NCBI GenBank assembly: GCA_963675295.2
Contig: CAXXKJ010000002.1
Coordinates: forward strand, 3,712,001 to 3,776,000
Direction of reading: 5' to 3'
DNA from: a bacterium
Lineage (GTDB): Bacteria; Electryoneota; Electryoneia; Electryoneales; Electryoneaceae
DNA: 64,000 nucleotides
Part shown: piece after piece, positions 38,328-47,713 of the stretch
How positions within the stretch are numbered: position 1 is the stretch's first letter
Layout: each line of letters begins with the position of its first letter
Made by a program: the position numbers and the translations under genes
Notes under the pieces: generated by a model
The model's database searches: none
Seen by the model: only the letters and a program-made list of their open reading frames with translations
Told to the model about the DNA's origin: nothing

Positions 38328-38684
38328 ATGCGTGATCACAAAGAAATAAAAGCTTGGCAACTATCGGACGACTATATCATAAAAGTATATTCTATTACAA
38401 AACAGTTTCCACCTGATGAAAGATATGGCTTGGTATCGCAGATGCGTAGGTCTGCTATGTCTATCCCGACAAATATTGTCGAAGGTTGTGCACGTTCTAC
38501 GAAGCAAGAGTTACTGAGATTTCTGGATATTTCTTATGGATCAGCCAGAGAACTGGAATATCAAGTCAATGTGGCAGGCAGGTTGGGATATCTGCCAGAT
38601 AATTCAAGAGAGAAACTAGAGCATGATATTGAAGAGATCGTACGCGTTTTAAAGGCGTTGATTGCATCGTTACGTCGAAAGTAA
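38328..38684 (+). CDS. Four-helix-bundle protein (23S rRNA intervening-sequence protein family)
   Basis: AWQ, FP..ERYGL.SQMRRSA.SIP.NI.EG..R....F...S.GS..E...Q; AT-rich compared with its neighbours. Confidence 0.92.
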   Translation: MRDHKEIKAWQLSDDYIIKVYSITKQFPPDERYGLVSQMRRSAMSIPTNIVEGCARSTKQELLRFLDISYGSARELEYQVNVAGRLGYLPDNSREKLEHDIEEIVRVLKALIASLRRK

Positions 38685-38694
38685 CAGGCAGTGC

Positions 38695-38734
38695 TATCTT
38701 TTACTTTCTTTGCCTGTCTTTTACTTTCTTTTAC
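38695..38734 (-). repeat. Right 10-bp tandem array (4 units), inverted relative to the left array
   Basis: Reverse complement gtaaaagaaa gtaaaagaca ggcaaagaaa gtaaaagata matches 38254-38293 at 36/40. Confidence 0.85.
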
Positions 38735-38787
38735 TTTTTCATAGAGAAACAAACGATAGATTGCAGCACAAGTAAGGAGACGGAAAA

Positions 38788-39057
38788 ATGCCTTTGACCA
38801 AGGACCAGAAGGCAGAGATCATCAAGAAGTACGGCCGTGACGAGAACGACACCGGTCGTGCCGAGGTACAGGTTGCGTTGATGACTGAACGCATTCGTGA
38901 GTTGACGGAACATTTCCGTGATCACAAGAAGGACCATCATAGCCGTCGTGGTTTGTTGATGCTGGTAGGTAAGCGTCAGCGTCTGCTGCGCTACCTCAGG
39001 GAGCAGGACGTCGAACGGTATCGTACGCTGATTAAGGAGTTGGGAATCCGTCGGTAA
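38788..39057 (+). CDS. rpsO: 30S ribosomal protein S15
   Basis: [35 protein letters not shown]. Confidence 0.98.
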   Translation: MPLTKDQKAEIIKKYGRDENDTGRAEVQVALMTERIRELTEHFRDHKKDHHSRRGLLMLVGKRQRLLRYLREQDVERYRTLIKELGIRR

Positions 39058-39106
39058 ATCTCCGTCACTTAAAAATCAGACGGAAAATCCGGCAACGGAG
39101 GAAGTC

Positions 39107-41299
39107 ATGGTATTTCGCAGAGAGATTGAGCTGGGTGGACGAACCCTCTCAGTCGAAGTAGGCAAAGTCGCCAAGCAGTCGGATGGTGCCGCGTGGGTGC
39201 AGTACGGCGACACCATTGTCCTCGCCGCGGTGAACTCGAAGAAGGAACGGTCGGAAAACACCGATTTCTTCCCGCTCACCGTCGACTACCGCGAGAAGAA
39301 GTATGGTGGCGGCAAGGTGCCGGGTGGGTTCTTCAAGCGTGAAGCCCGTCCGCACGACAAGGAAACATTGATCGCCCGCATGACCGACCGTCCCCTGCGG
39401 CCGCTGTTCGCCAAGGGGTACTATCACGAGACGCAGGTTCTCTTGAACGTGTATTCGCACGACCAGGAGAACGAGGGTGATATCCTCGGTCAGATGGGTG
39501 CCGCGATCGCGTTGCTGATCTCGGACATCCCGTTCCAGACCCCGGTCGCCACCGTGCGTATCGGCCGTCTGGAAGGCGAACTGGTCATCAACCCGACCAT
39601 CCAGCAGAGCGAAGAATGTGACCTGCTGCTGCTCGTCGCTGGCACCGAAGATGCCATCGCGATGGTCGAAGGCGAAGCGAAGGAAGTCAGTGAGGACGCG
39701 TTCCTCGAAGCGATTGATGTCGCGCACAACGAAATCAAGCGCCTGGTCGAGTTCCAGAAGGAATTCGTCAAGGAGCTTGGCAAGCCGGAACGTGAATGGG
39801 AACCGGTTGTCACCACGGAAGAAGTGGCGGCGGCGGTGAAGGAGCTGGTTGGCGACCGTGTCAACGAGCTGATCACGATTGCGGACAAGACTCAGCGCAA
39901 GACGCGTCAGAAGGAAATCAAGGTCGAGATCCGCGAGGCGTTGGCTGAGAAATTCCCGGACCAGGAAAAGCAGATCGGTTGGGCGCTTGAGGATATCGTC
40001 AAGAACGCCATGCGCAGCAAGGTAATTGCTGACAAGAAGCGGATCGACGGCCGTGAGCCGCACGAAATCCGCCCGATCAGCGTCGAAACTGGCACGCTCC
40101 CGCGTGCGCACGGCTCCTCCCTGTTCACTCGTGGGCAGACCCAGGCGCTGGGTTCCTGCACGTTGGGCACCAAGATCGACGAACAGAAGATCGACGGTCT
40201 CGAGGGTGAATACTGGAAGACCTTCATGCTGCATTACAACTTCCCGCCGTTCTCGACGGGTGAAGTGAAGCGCATGATGGGCCCGGGCCGCCGTGAGCTC
40301 GGCCACGGCCACCTCGCGGAATGCGCGCTCAAGGCGACGCTTCCGGACTGGGATGATTTCCCGTACACCATCCGTATCGTCTCGGAAGTGCTCGAGTCGA
40401 ACGGCTCGTCGTCGATGGCGACGGTCTGCGCCGGTTCGCTGGCGTTGATGGACTGCGGCGTTCCGGTCAAGAAGTCGGTCGCGGGCATCGCGATGGGCTT
40501 GATCAAGGAAGGTGATGACTTCGTGGTGTTGAGCGATATCCTCGGTGACGAAGATGCGCTGGGCGACATGGACTTCAAGGTCGCGGGTACCCGTGACGGC
40601 ATCACCGCATTCCAGATGGACATCAAGATCGCCGGCATCTCGAAGGAGATCATGGCGAAGGCGTTGGAGCAGGCTCAGGCCGGCCGGTACCACATCCTCG
40701 ACATCATGGATTCCGTGATGCCGAAGCATCGTGACACCATCTCCAAGTACGCCCCGACGATCATCAACACCTCGATCGATCCGGAATACATCGGCATGAT
40801 CATCGGCCCCGGTGGCAAGATGATCCGTGCACTGCAGACGGATTACGGCGTCAACATCGAGATCGATGACGACGGCACGGTCAGCATCTCCTCCACCTCG
40901 CGCGAGGCGGCGGAAGCGGTTCTTGGCATCATCAAGAACATGACCCGTGAGCCGGAAATCGGTGAGGAGTTTGATGCGAAGGTCGTCAAGATCGTCGACT
41001 TCGGCGCGTTCGTCGAACTGTTCCCGGGCAAGGAAGGTCTTGTCCACGTGTCCGAGCTCGAGTGGAAGCGTGTCGACAAGGTGACCGACGTGCTCAACAT
41101 GGGCGACACCGTGCGTGTGAAGCTGGTCAGCAAGACGCCGGAAGGCAAGCTTGACCTGTCACGCAAGGCCCTCCTGCCGAAGCCGGAAGGTTACGTGGAA
41201 CGCGAAAAGCGTCCCCCGCGTCCGGGTGGCGGCGGTGGCCGTGGTGGCAACCGTGGTGGCGGAGGCAACCGTGGCGGTGGCGGCGGTCGCCGGCGTTAG
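39107..41299 (+). CDS. pnp: Polyribonucleotide nucleotidyltransferase
   Basis: FFPLTVDYRE, GGFFKRE, HGSSLFTRGQTQ, HYNFPPFS.GE, SNGSSSMA, GDMDFKVAG, KH and S1 domains. Confidence 0.98.
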   Translation: MVFRREIELGGRTLSVEVGKVAKQSDGAAWVQYGDTIVLAAVNSKKERSENTDFFPLTVDYREKKYGGGKVPGGFFKREARPHDKETLIARMTDRPLRPLFAKGYYHETQVLLNVYSHDQENEGDILGQMGAAIALLISDIPFQTPVATVRIGRLEGELVINPTIQQSEECDLLLLVAGTEDAIAMVEGEAKEVSEDAFLEAIDVAHNEIKRLVEFQKEFVKELGKPEREWEPVVTTEEVAAAVKELVGDRVNELITIADKTQRKTRQKEIKVEIREALAEKFPDQEKQIGWALEDIVKNAMRSKVIADKKRIDGREPHEIRPISVETGTLPRAHGSSLFTRGQTQALGSCTLGTKIDEQKIDGLEGEYWKTFMLHYNFPPFSTGEVKRMMGPGRRELGHGHLAECALKATLPDWDDFPYTIRIVSEVLESNGSSSMATVCAGSLALMDCGVPVKKSVAGIAMGLIKEGDDFVVLSDILGDEDALGDMDFKVAGTRDGITAFQMDIKIAGISKEIMAKALEQAQAGRYHILDIMDSVMPKHRDTISKYAPTIINTSIDPEYIGMIIGPGGKMIRALQTDYGVNIEIDDDGTVSISSTSREAAEAVLGIIKNMTREPEIGEEFDAKVVKIVDFGAFVELFPGKEGLVHVSELEWKRVDKVTDVLNMGDTVRVKLVSKTPEGKLDLSRKALLPKPEGYVEREKRPPRPGGGGGRGGNRGGGGNRGGGGGRRR

Positions 41300-41321
41300 T
41301 CACACCCCAGTTATACCATCG

Positions 41322-41354
41322 AACGGCAGGTGCTCCAGGCTCCTGCCGTTTTTT
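41322..41354 (+). terminator. Intrinsic terminator after pnp
   Basis: aacggcagg...cctgccgtt followed by tttt. Confidence 0.75.
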
Positions 41355-41449
41355 CATGGTAGAGTTGAACGGAATACACCCCACGTCTTGGTAATGCCTT
41401 GATTCTCAAGCTAGGTTATGATCAGGACTGGATTCTGTGGGGGAATCTC

Positions 41450-42142
41450 ATGCACAGGCACACGTTCACAATCACCTTCCTACTTGTCATGACAGCGTTG
41501 CTTGTTGGTTGCGAGGCGAACAAGCTGATCTGGGACGCCGCCGGGTACAATGATGGCGATCCGCAAATCGCGGTCAGAATCTCGGTTACCGACGACATCG
41601 TCGCCGACACATCGAGCAGCCTGGTTGATGTATGGCCGGCCCTGCACTATCCGCGTCCGTGGGGCGGGAGCCTCGAACCGCAGGCGAATCAACGTGTCTT
41701 CATCAACGGCGAGCCTTACTACACAGACGCCGAGGGCAACGGTGTCGAGGTGTACGATCTCGACCTTCAGCCAGGCGAAACGGTCACCGTGGAGGTCTGG
41801 ACCCATCAACGTGATTTCTCGGTACCATACTCGCCCTTGTATTCAGCTCCTACAGAGCGCGAGGTGACAGCCGGTGATACCCTCCACTTCGCCTGGTTGC
41901 AGGCACCTCGTGGCTTGACCCAATATCTGAAGCTGAGCACTCCCGGAATAGCCACCCATTACAACAGCAACATCGACAGCAGCGACGCGACTTTCGTGAA
42001 CTTCATCGTCCCGGCTGATGTGGACTCGTTCAACCTTCGCTATGGAGTTTACAGCCAGGAAAACGATCCGGACCGTGAGAACTGGGACGTCATCACCCTC
42101 GGTTACTACGTAGTCGGAACCTATCATGTGAAACTGCCCTGA
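41450..42142 (+). CDS. Hypothetical lipoprotein 1
   Basis: LVGC lipobox after ATG 41450; beta-rich sequence. Confidence 0.7.
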   Translation: MHRHTFTITFLLVMTALLVGCEANKLIWDAAGYNDGDPQIAVRISVTDDIVADTSSSLVDVWPALHYPRPWGGSLEPQANQRVFINGEPYYTDAEGNGVEVYDLDLQPGETVTVEVWTHQRDFSVPYSPLYSAPTEREVTAGDTLHFAWLQAPRGLTQYLKLSTPGIATHYNSNIDSSDATFVNFIVPADVDSFNLRYGVYSQENDPDRENWDVITLGYYVVGTYHVKLP

Positions 42143-42365
42143 TCTGGAAACGGCGGCCCAACTTTGACAAAACCAACACCGGACAGGCTGGAAATGTTCC
42201 TGGCAGGTGTTTTGTCGATTTCTCCAGTTTGCCAAAGTCGGCGAGCCATGTCTGACTTTTTGTGTGCCTGAACACGTAGATTTGTATTCCCATCCGGGTT
42301 GGGGTATCATTCGGCTGTTGGGCAAACAGCCTGGGGTGTCAGTAAAACGAGTGGAGTGTTGGGAG

Positions 42366-43043
42366 ATGGCAACGAATCGGCTTGTTGTCCTCGCGATCCT
42401 GTTGCTGGGATTTGTGCTTGCCGGCTGTGGTGAGCGAGACACCGGTGAGCGCCGTATCGACATGAAGCTGTGGTATTACAACCCACCGCAGAAGGTCGCC
42501 GACATGGATGACAGTTTGCGTACTGAAATCCTCGTCTTCGCGGATGAACACTGGGACGGTTGGTTCAGCGACAGCTACAATCCGGTCACGGACGCCGTTA
42601 TCGAGCTGAATGACGACCGCATTTTCTGGCGGGCGTCCTGGCGTGGCTATTACGAAGCGAACGTCCTGTTTGGACCGGAGTCTCCCGTTGACCTCTACTG
42701 CGAATTGACTCCGTCGGAGCATTACGCATTCCACGACAGCATCCCCGACCTGAACGTCTGGGGCCTCCCTTCCGGCCGGGACACCACCCTGGCAGCATCC
42801 GACACGCTGCTGATTACCTGGAACCAGATCGGCGACCAGCAGGGACGGCTCGACATCATCAAGGGCGAGGATACCATCGAATCAGTCTATGGCAAAAAGC
42901 GGCTGCGTTGGTCCCCGAAAAGCTCGTATCGCGGGGAACGGTACCAGATGGTCTTCCGCTTCACCTATGTCTATCCGTCGATGGACCCGTTCAACGTGAT
43001 GCAATACCAGTACGTCGGAAAGCACTTTGTTAATGTGGAATAG
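42366..43043 (+). CDS. Hypothetical lipoprotein 2
   Basis: LAGC lipobox after ATG 42366; similar to lipoprotein 3. Confidence 0.72.
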   Translation: MATNRLVVLAILLLGFVLAGCGERDTGERRIDMKLWYYNPPQKVADMDDSLRTEILVFADEHWDGWFSDSYNPVTDAVIELNDDRIFWRASWRGYYEANVLFGPESPVDLYCELTPSEHYAFHDSIPDLNVWGLPSGRDTTLAASDTLLITWNQIGDQQGRLDIIKGEDTIESVYGKKRLRWSPKSSYRGERYQMVFRFTYVYPSMDPFNVMQYQYVGKHFVNVE

Positions 43044-43062
43044 TCAGCATCTTCAGAGTCTC

Positions 43063-43098
43063 AAGCCGGATACTGCTCCTGTATCCGGCTTTTCTTTT
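43063..43098 (+). terminator. Intrinsic terminator
   Basis: aagccggatac...gtatccggctt followed by ttctttt. Confidence 0.75.
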
Positions 43099-43247
43099 GA
43101 CTGCATTCCAGTGCAGCGAAGTTGTAAATGGACCTCGCTCTTTGTTGACTCGGTAGCCTTTCTTGCTGATGTTATTGACAGGCAGCTCCGATCTTCATAG
43201 CCTTGAATTGATTCTGGCTGATATACACAGCTTTCCGGGGGGTAAGA

Positions 43248-43913
43248 ATGTTCTATCGGATTATTTTGCCAATCCTTATCCTGACCACGTTGTTGCTCAC
43301 CGGTTGTTCAATGGACGACACCGGCGATCGGCGTATCAATGTCCGCATCTATGAATATGATCCCGCCCTGGAGGATCTGTACAACTTGCCATTGTCCAAC
43401 CAGATCCTCGTCTGGCCGGAAGAATACTGGGAAAACATGCTAAGCGGTGAATACCGGATCGACGGCAACGCGTCCATCAGTTGCGATACCACAACACTGG
43501 TGTTCAGCGAAAGTCGAGGCGGGTATCGCGCGTTTAACTGTGATTTCGATGTTGGCGACCCGTTCAACCTGCTGGTGACCCTCGACGATGGAAGCCTGCA
43601 TGAGTACTCGGAAGAGTTACCCGCCGTCAATTTGCAGGGTCATTCTCCTCATGAAAGCGTCGTCGTGGGCGACAGCCTGAAGTATGTATGGAATTCCATC
43701 ACTCCCAATGATGGTGAGTTGACAGTTGTGCAGAACGGCCGGGTGGTGAAGCGCCTGTCCGGCTCAGGCAAAATTGTCTGGAACATTACCGACGGATACT
43801 CGGGCAAGACACTTGATCTGGAATTTGTCTACCAACGGAATATGCCCGTGCGCGGTCTGTTCACTGAAGTGAAATACGAGTACCGTGCCTTCAGCACTCT
43901 TGTCGTGCCCTGA
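43248..43913 (+). CDS. Hypothetical lipoprotein 3
   Basis: LTGC lipobox; DTGDRRI / ILVWPEEYW similar to DTGERRI / ILVFADEHW of lipoprotein 2. Confidence 0.72.
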   Translation: MFYRIILPILILTTLLLTGCSMDDTGDRRINVRIYEYDPALEDLYNLPLSNQILVWPEEYWENMLSGEYRIDGNASISCDTTTLVFSESRGGYRAFNCDFDVGDPFNLLVTLDDGSLHEYSEELPAVNLQGHSPHESVVVGDSLKYVWNSITPNDGELTVVQNGRVVKRLSGSGKIVWNITDGYSGKTLDLEFVYQRNMPVRGLFTEVKYEYRAFSTLVVP

Positions 43914-44066
43914 TTTTCGAAACTGATCTCCGCTACGCGCGTACCTTAGTGGTCCGGGAACAAGTGAGGTTCGCCGTCGTGGAATCTCTCCATCGACTCC
44001 CCGGCAGGGACCGTTATTCCCTACTATTCCGCATCACGCGCACAGACAGTCAGGACCAAAGAACCT

Positions 44067-45314
44067 ATGCAGCGATTTAACAAAACAACGTTGGACAACG
44101 GCGCCCGCATCGTCACAGAAAAAATCGACTCCGTCCGCAGTGCGGCGGTGGGCTTCTGGTTTGAGACCGGATCCCGTGACGAAACCCCGGCCGAAAACGG
44201 CATTTCCCACTTTCTCGAGCACATGCTGTTCAAGGGAACGAAGAAGCGGTCTGCGTTGAAAATCGCCCGTGAGATCGAGCAGGTCGGCGGGCATATGAAC
44301 GCCTTCACCAGCAAGGAAATCACCGCGTTTCACGCGTCGCTGCTGGACGAACACCTGCCGCTGGCAGTGGACACACTGGCGGACATGGCGTCTTATTCAC
44401 AGTTCGCGGACAAGATGATCGAACGCGAACAGGGTGTGGTGCTGGAAGAAATCAGCGGCTACGAGGATTCGCCGGAGGATGTGGTCCACGAGGACTTCAG
44501 CAAACTGCTGTTCGCGGATCATCCGCTCGGCCGTCCGATTCTCGGCACGCGCGAAACAGTCTCCTCGTTCTCCCGCGACACGCTCGTCGGCTACTGGTCG
44601 CGTCAGTATCAACCGAAGCGGCTGGTCGTTTCGGCGGCAGGCGCGGTCGATCACGACAAGCTGGTCAAATTGGTAGCCCGCAAGTTGGAGCTTCCGGACA
44701 AAGCCAAACCCCTGACCAAACGCGCCCTGCCCGAGCTCAATGTGGACAAGACGCACGAACGCCGCAAGGCGATTGTCCAGGCTCATTTGACCATCGGCGG
44801 CAACGGTCTGTCGTACGGAGATGAAGACCGCTATCCGTTCTTCGTGATGAACACGGTGCTCGGCGGCGGGATGAGCTCGCGTTTGTTCCAGCGGCTTCGG
44901 GAACGGTCAGGTCTGGCCTACTCGGTCTATCCGTTCCACGAAGCCTACCACGACACTGGGTTGTACGGGATCTACGTCGGCCTCGAAGAAAAGCAGGTCA
45001 AGCGCGCGGAAAAGATGATCCGCGAGGAACTGCAGAAGCTGATCGATAAACCGATCAGCAAGGCGGCGTTGAAACGCGCCAAGGATCAGCTCAAGGGCGC
45101 GTTGATGCTCGGGTTGGAGAGCTCGGCGGCACGCATGCACCGGCTCGCCCGGATGGAGATCTACCTCAAACGGTATGTCACCCTGGATGAGCTACTCGAC
45201 GGGATCAACGCGGTCACGCCGGACGATGTGCAGCAGGTTGCACAGCGGTTGTTCGGCGGCGATCTGTGGGTGGCGACGGTCCTGCCGGATGGTTCCGCCC
45301 CCCGGGCAGCGTAG
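44067..45314 (+). CDS. M16-family zinc peptidase
   Basis: GSRDE, HFLEHMLFKGT (HxxEH), NAFTSKE, GGGMSSRLFQ.LRE..GLAYSV. Confidence 0.95.
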   Translation: MQRFNKTTLDNGARIVTEKIDSVRSAAVGFWFETGSRDETPAENGISHFLEHMLFKGTKKRSALKIAREIEQVGGHMNAFTSKEITAFHASLLDEHLPLAVDTLADMASYSQFADKMIEREQGVVLEEISGYEDSPEDVVHEDFSKLLFADHPLGRPILGTRETVSSFSRDTLVGYWSRQYQPKRLVVSAAGAVDHDKLVKLVARKLELPDKAKPLTKRALPELNVDKTHERRKAIVQAHLTIGGNGLSYGDEDRYPFFVMNTVLGGGMSSRLFQRLRERSGLAYSVYPFHEAYHDTGLYGIYVGLEEKQVKRAEKMIREELQKLIDKPISKAALKRAKDQLKGALMLGLESSAARMHRLARMEIYLKRYVTLDELLDGINAVTPDDVQQVAQRLFGGDLWVATVLPDGSAPRAA

Positions 45315-47444
45315 TTACCGGGACGCTCTTTCGACGGTTACTTGTTTCAACAGCGAGCGCACTCGCACGAGCAGGTTGCGTTGCGAAAATGGTTTCTGGA
45401 TGAAGCCGGCCACCAGATTGTCATGGCTTGTTTCGTCCAGTTTCTGCGAGTAGTAGCCGGACATGAACAGGACCGCGACGTCGTCGAAGCATTCCCGTGG
45501 CAACGAGTCAACCACTTCCACCCCGGACAGCCCTGGCATGATTACGTCGGTCAGGATCAGGTCTGGTTTTTTCTCCGCGTTCAGCAGGTAGTCCACCGCT
45601 TTTTCGCCATCGCCGAAACTGGTGACGTGATACCCGAACAGGTTGAAGGTGCGTCGCAACGAAGCCCGCAGCAGGTTCTCATCCTCAATAATCAGGATCG
45701 ACTCGTCGCCATGCAGGTCCACCGATTCCAGCTCGGTCGACGCAACCGGCACCGACGTATCCGCCGCCGGGAAGGTCACTGTGAACGTGGTCCCCTCCTC
45801 CGGTTTGCTATCAACGACGATGGTTCCGGAATGCTGTTCAACGATGCCGTAGACTGTTGACAAACCGAGCCCGGTGCCGAGATCCTTTGGCTTGGTGGTG
45901 AAGAACGGGTCGAAGATTTTCTCCAGCGTCGCCTCGTCCATCCCGTGCCCTGTATCCGTGACGGACAACTGCGGTAATCGCTCGGTGCTGCTTTCAACAC
46001 ACGACACACAGACCTGGATCGAACCGTGATCACCAATTGCATCGCGCGCGTTGACCACAAGGTTGACGATGATCTGTTCGAGCTGGGTTGGGTCGATCAG
46101 GATCAGTGGGACGTTCAGGTCCAGATCGAACTCGAGCTTGATGTTCGGTTCAACAAGCCGCCGCAGCATTTTCTTCAGCTTCTCAACGGTGTCGGTGAGG
46201 TCGACATGTTCCGGTTTCGAGCTCTGCTTGCGGCTGAACGCCAGCAGTTGGCGGCTGATTCTGGACGCTCGTTCGCTCGCCTGCACCACTTCATCCAACC
46301 CGGAACTCAGATCATGTCCGTCATGCAGTTTCAACTGCATGAATTCAGCGTTCATCAGGATCACCGACAGAGCGTTGTTGATGTCATGCGCGACCCCACC
46401 GGCCAGCCGCCCGACGCTCTCCAGCCGTTGCGCGTGATACAATTGTTCGCGCATCTCGGCTTTTTCACGAGCCGCTTGGATTTCCTGTGAAATATCCTCC
46501 GCAACATTCATCGAGCCGATGATTTCACCGTCTTCGTCAACCCACGGCGCGGCTGACACGCGGAGCTCGACCGTCGTCTCATCCTTTCGGATCATGGTGT
46601 AGCCCAGACCGTGCCGGATTTCCCGTTGCAGCACCATTTGAACGTGAGATTTCAGGAACTGGTTCCGATCCTCGGGGCGAACGATCGGCAGGAATTTGCC
46701 GATGACTTCGTCGGCACTGTACCCGAACACCTTCTCCGCCTGCTCATTCCACAGCAGGACATCGCCCTCGAGGTCCAGTGCGAAGGTCGGCAGTGGCGAG
46801 GCGCGGAACACGGCTGTCAGCTGGTTGACCGCGTTGATCTGTTCCGCCTCGGCACTCTTCTGTTCGCTGATATCCCGCAGAATGCCCTCAACGATACGGC
46901 CCTCACCGTCTGATTCGTTAATCACCCGCCCGAGGATGCTGGTCCAGATGCTGTTGCCGTTTTTCGCCACCCAGCGGATTTGTTCTGACACTTGATCCTG
47001 CGACAAATTCAGCGCGGAGTCCAGTACTTCATGATCCTGGGACTGAACGATCTGAAACAGAAAATCGGGATCGTTGTAGAATGTTTCCTGCGGATAGCCA
47101 AGAATACGAGAGACGGAAGGGCTGATATACTCGAACTTTCGTTCCGGAGTCAGGCGCAGTCGGAAGACGACATCCAGCGCGTTGTCCGCGAAGAGACGGA
47201 AGCGGGCGTCCTGCGACCGGGCCCGTTTCTCATCGTGCCGCAGGAAGAGCAGCAGCAACAGACCTGTCGCGAAAACGAAAAACAATCCCTTGGCGGTCTG
47301 CATCTGCGTGATCCGGTTCGCGCTCTGGTCAGGCAAGAGCTCGACCAGATGATCCGATAGCAGAATCCACAAGCCGCCGAGGATCAGGTACACCACAAAA
47401 ACACGCAGCGAGGCACGCCACCATTTTTCCCGTACGTCTTGCAT
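45315..47444 (-). CDS. Hybrid sensor histidine kinase (2 TM, 2 PAS, HisKA/HATPase, REC)
   Basis: GRLAGGVAHDINN, QIIVNLVVNARDA, DTGHGM, FDPFFTTK..GTGLGL, LTDVIMP, MSGY, KPF. Confidence 0.95.
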   Translation of the reverse strand: MQDVREKWWRASLRVFVVYLILGGLWILLSDHLVELLPDQSANRITQMQTAKGLFFVFATGLLLLLFLRHDEKRARSQDARFRLFADNALDVVFRLRLTPERKFEYISPSVSRILGYPQETFYNDPDFLFQIVQSQDHEVLDSALNLSQDQVSEQIRWVAKNGNSIWTSILGRVINESDGEGRIVEGILRDISEQKSAEAEQINAVNQLTAVFRASPLPTFALDLEGDVLLWNEQAEKVFGYSADEVIGKFLPIVRPEDRNQFLKSHVQMVLQREIRHGLGYTMIRKDETTVELRVSAAPWVDEDGEIIGSMNVAEDISQEIQAAREKAEMREQLYHAQRLESVGRLAGGVAHDINNALSVILMNAEFMQLKLHDGHDLSSGLDEVVQASERASRISRQLLAFSRKQSSKPEHVDLTDTVEKLKKMLRRLVEPNIKLEFDLDLNVPLILIDPTQLEQIIVNLVVNARDAIGDHGSIQVCVSCVESSTERLPQLSVTDTGHGMDEATLEKIFDPFFTTKPKDLGTGLGLSTVYGIVEQHSGTIVVDSKPEEGTTFTVTFPAADTSVPVASTELESVDLHGDESILIIEDENLLRASLRRTFNLFGYHVTSFGDGEKAVDYLLNAEKKPDLILTDVIMPGLSGVEVVDSLPRECFDDVAVLFMSGYYSQKLDETSHDNLVAGFIQKPFSQRNLLVRVRSLLKQVTVERASR

Positions 47445-47713
47445 TAAGCCTTCCTTCAATCTGGAAATCCTTAACAATTAACGCTCTACAAAAATGTTCA
47501 GATTTTTCAAGAATAATGAAAAAACGCCAGGATGAATTACGGAAAGCACCAAAGCGGGTGTCATACTTGGTAAAACAAATAAGCATATAAGCCGATCACA
47601 AGTAAGAAAGCGAACGATTTAAATGTAACGAAAACGTCAGGAGTGTCCGGTGATCAGAACAGCATTGGGAGAGGCGGAGGAGTGTGCGTATCAAAGGAAC
47701 GTAGCTGGATAGA

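Noticed and set aside
38328-38684. DGR accessory protein Avd serving the FGE target
   Set aside because: The sequence has the FP..E.YGL.SQ.RR...S...NI.EG pattern of the 23S-IVS protein family, and there is no adjacent RT or template repeat; only the fold is shared.
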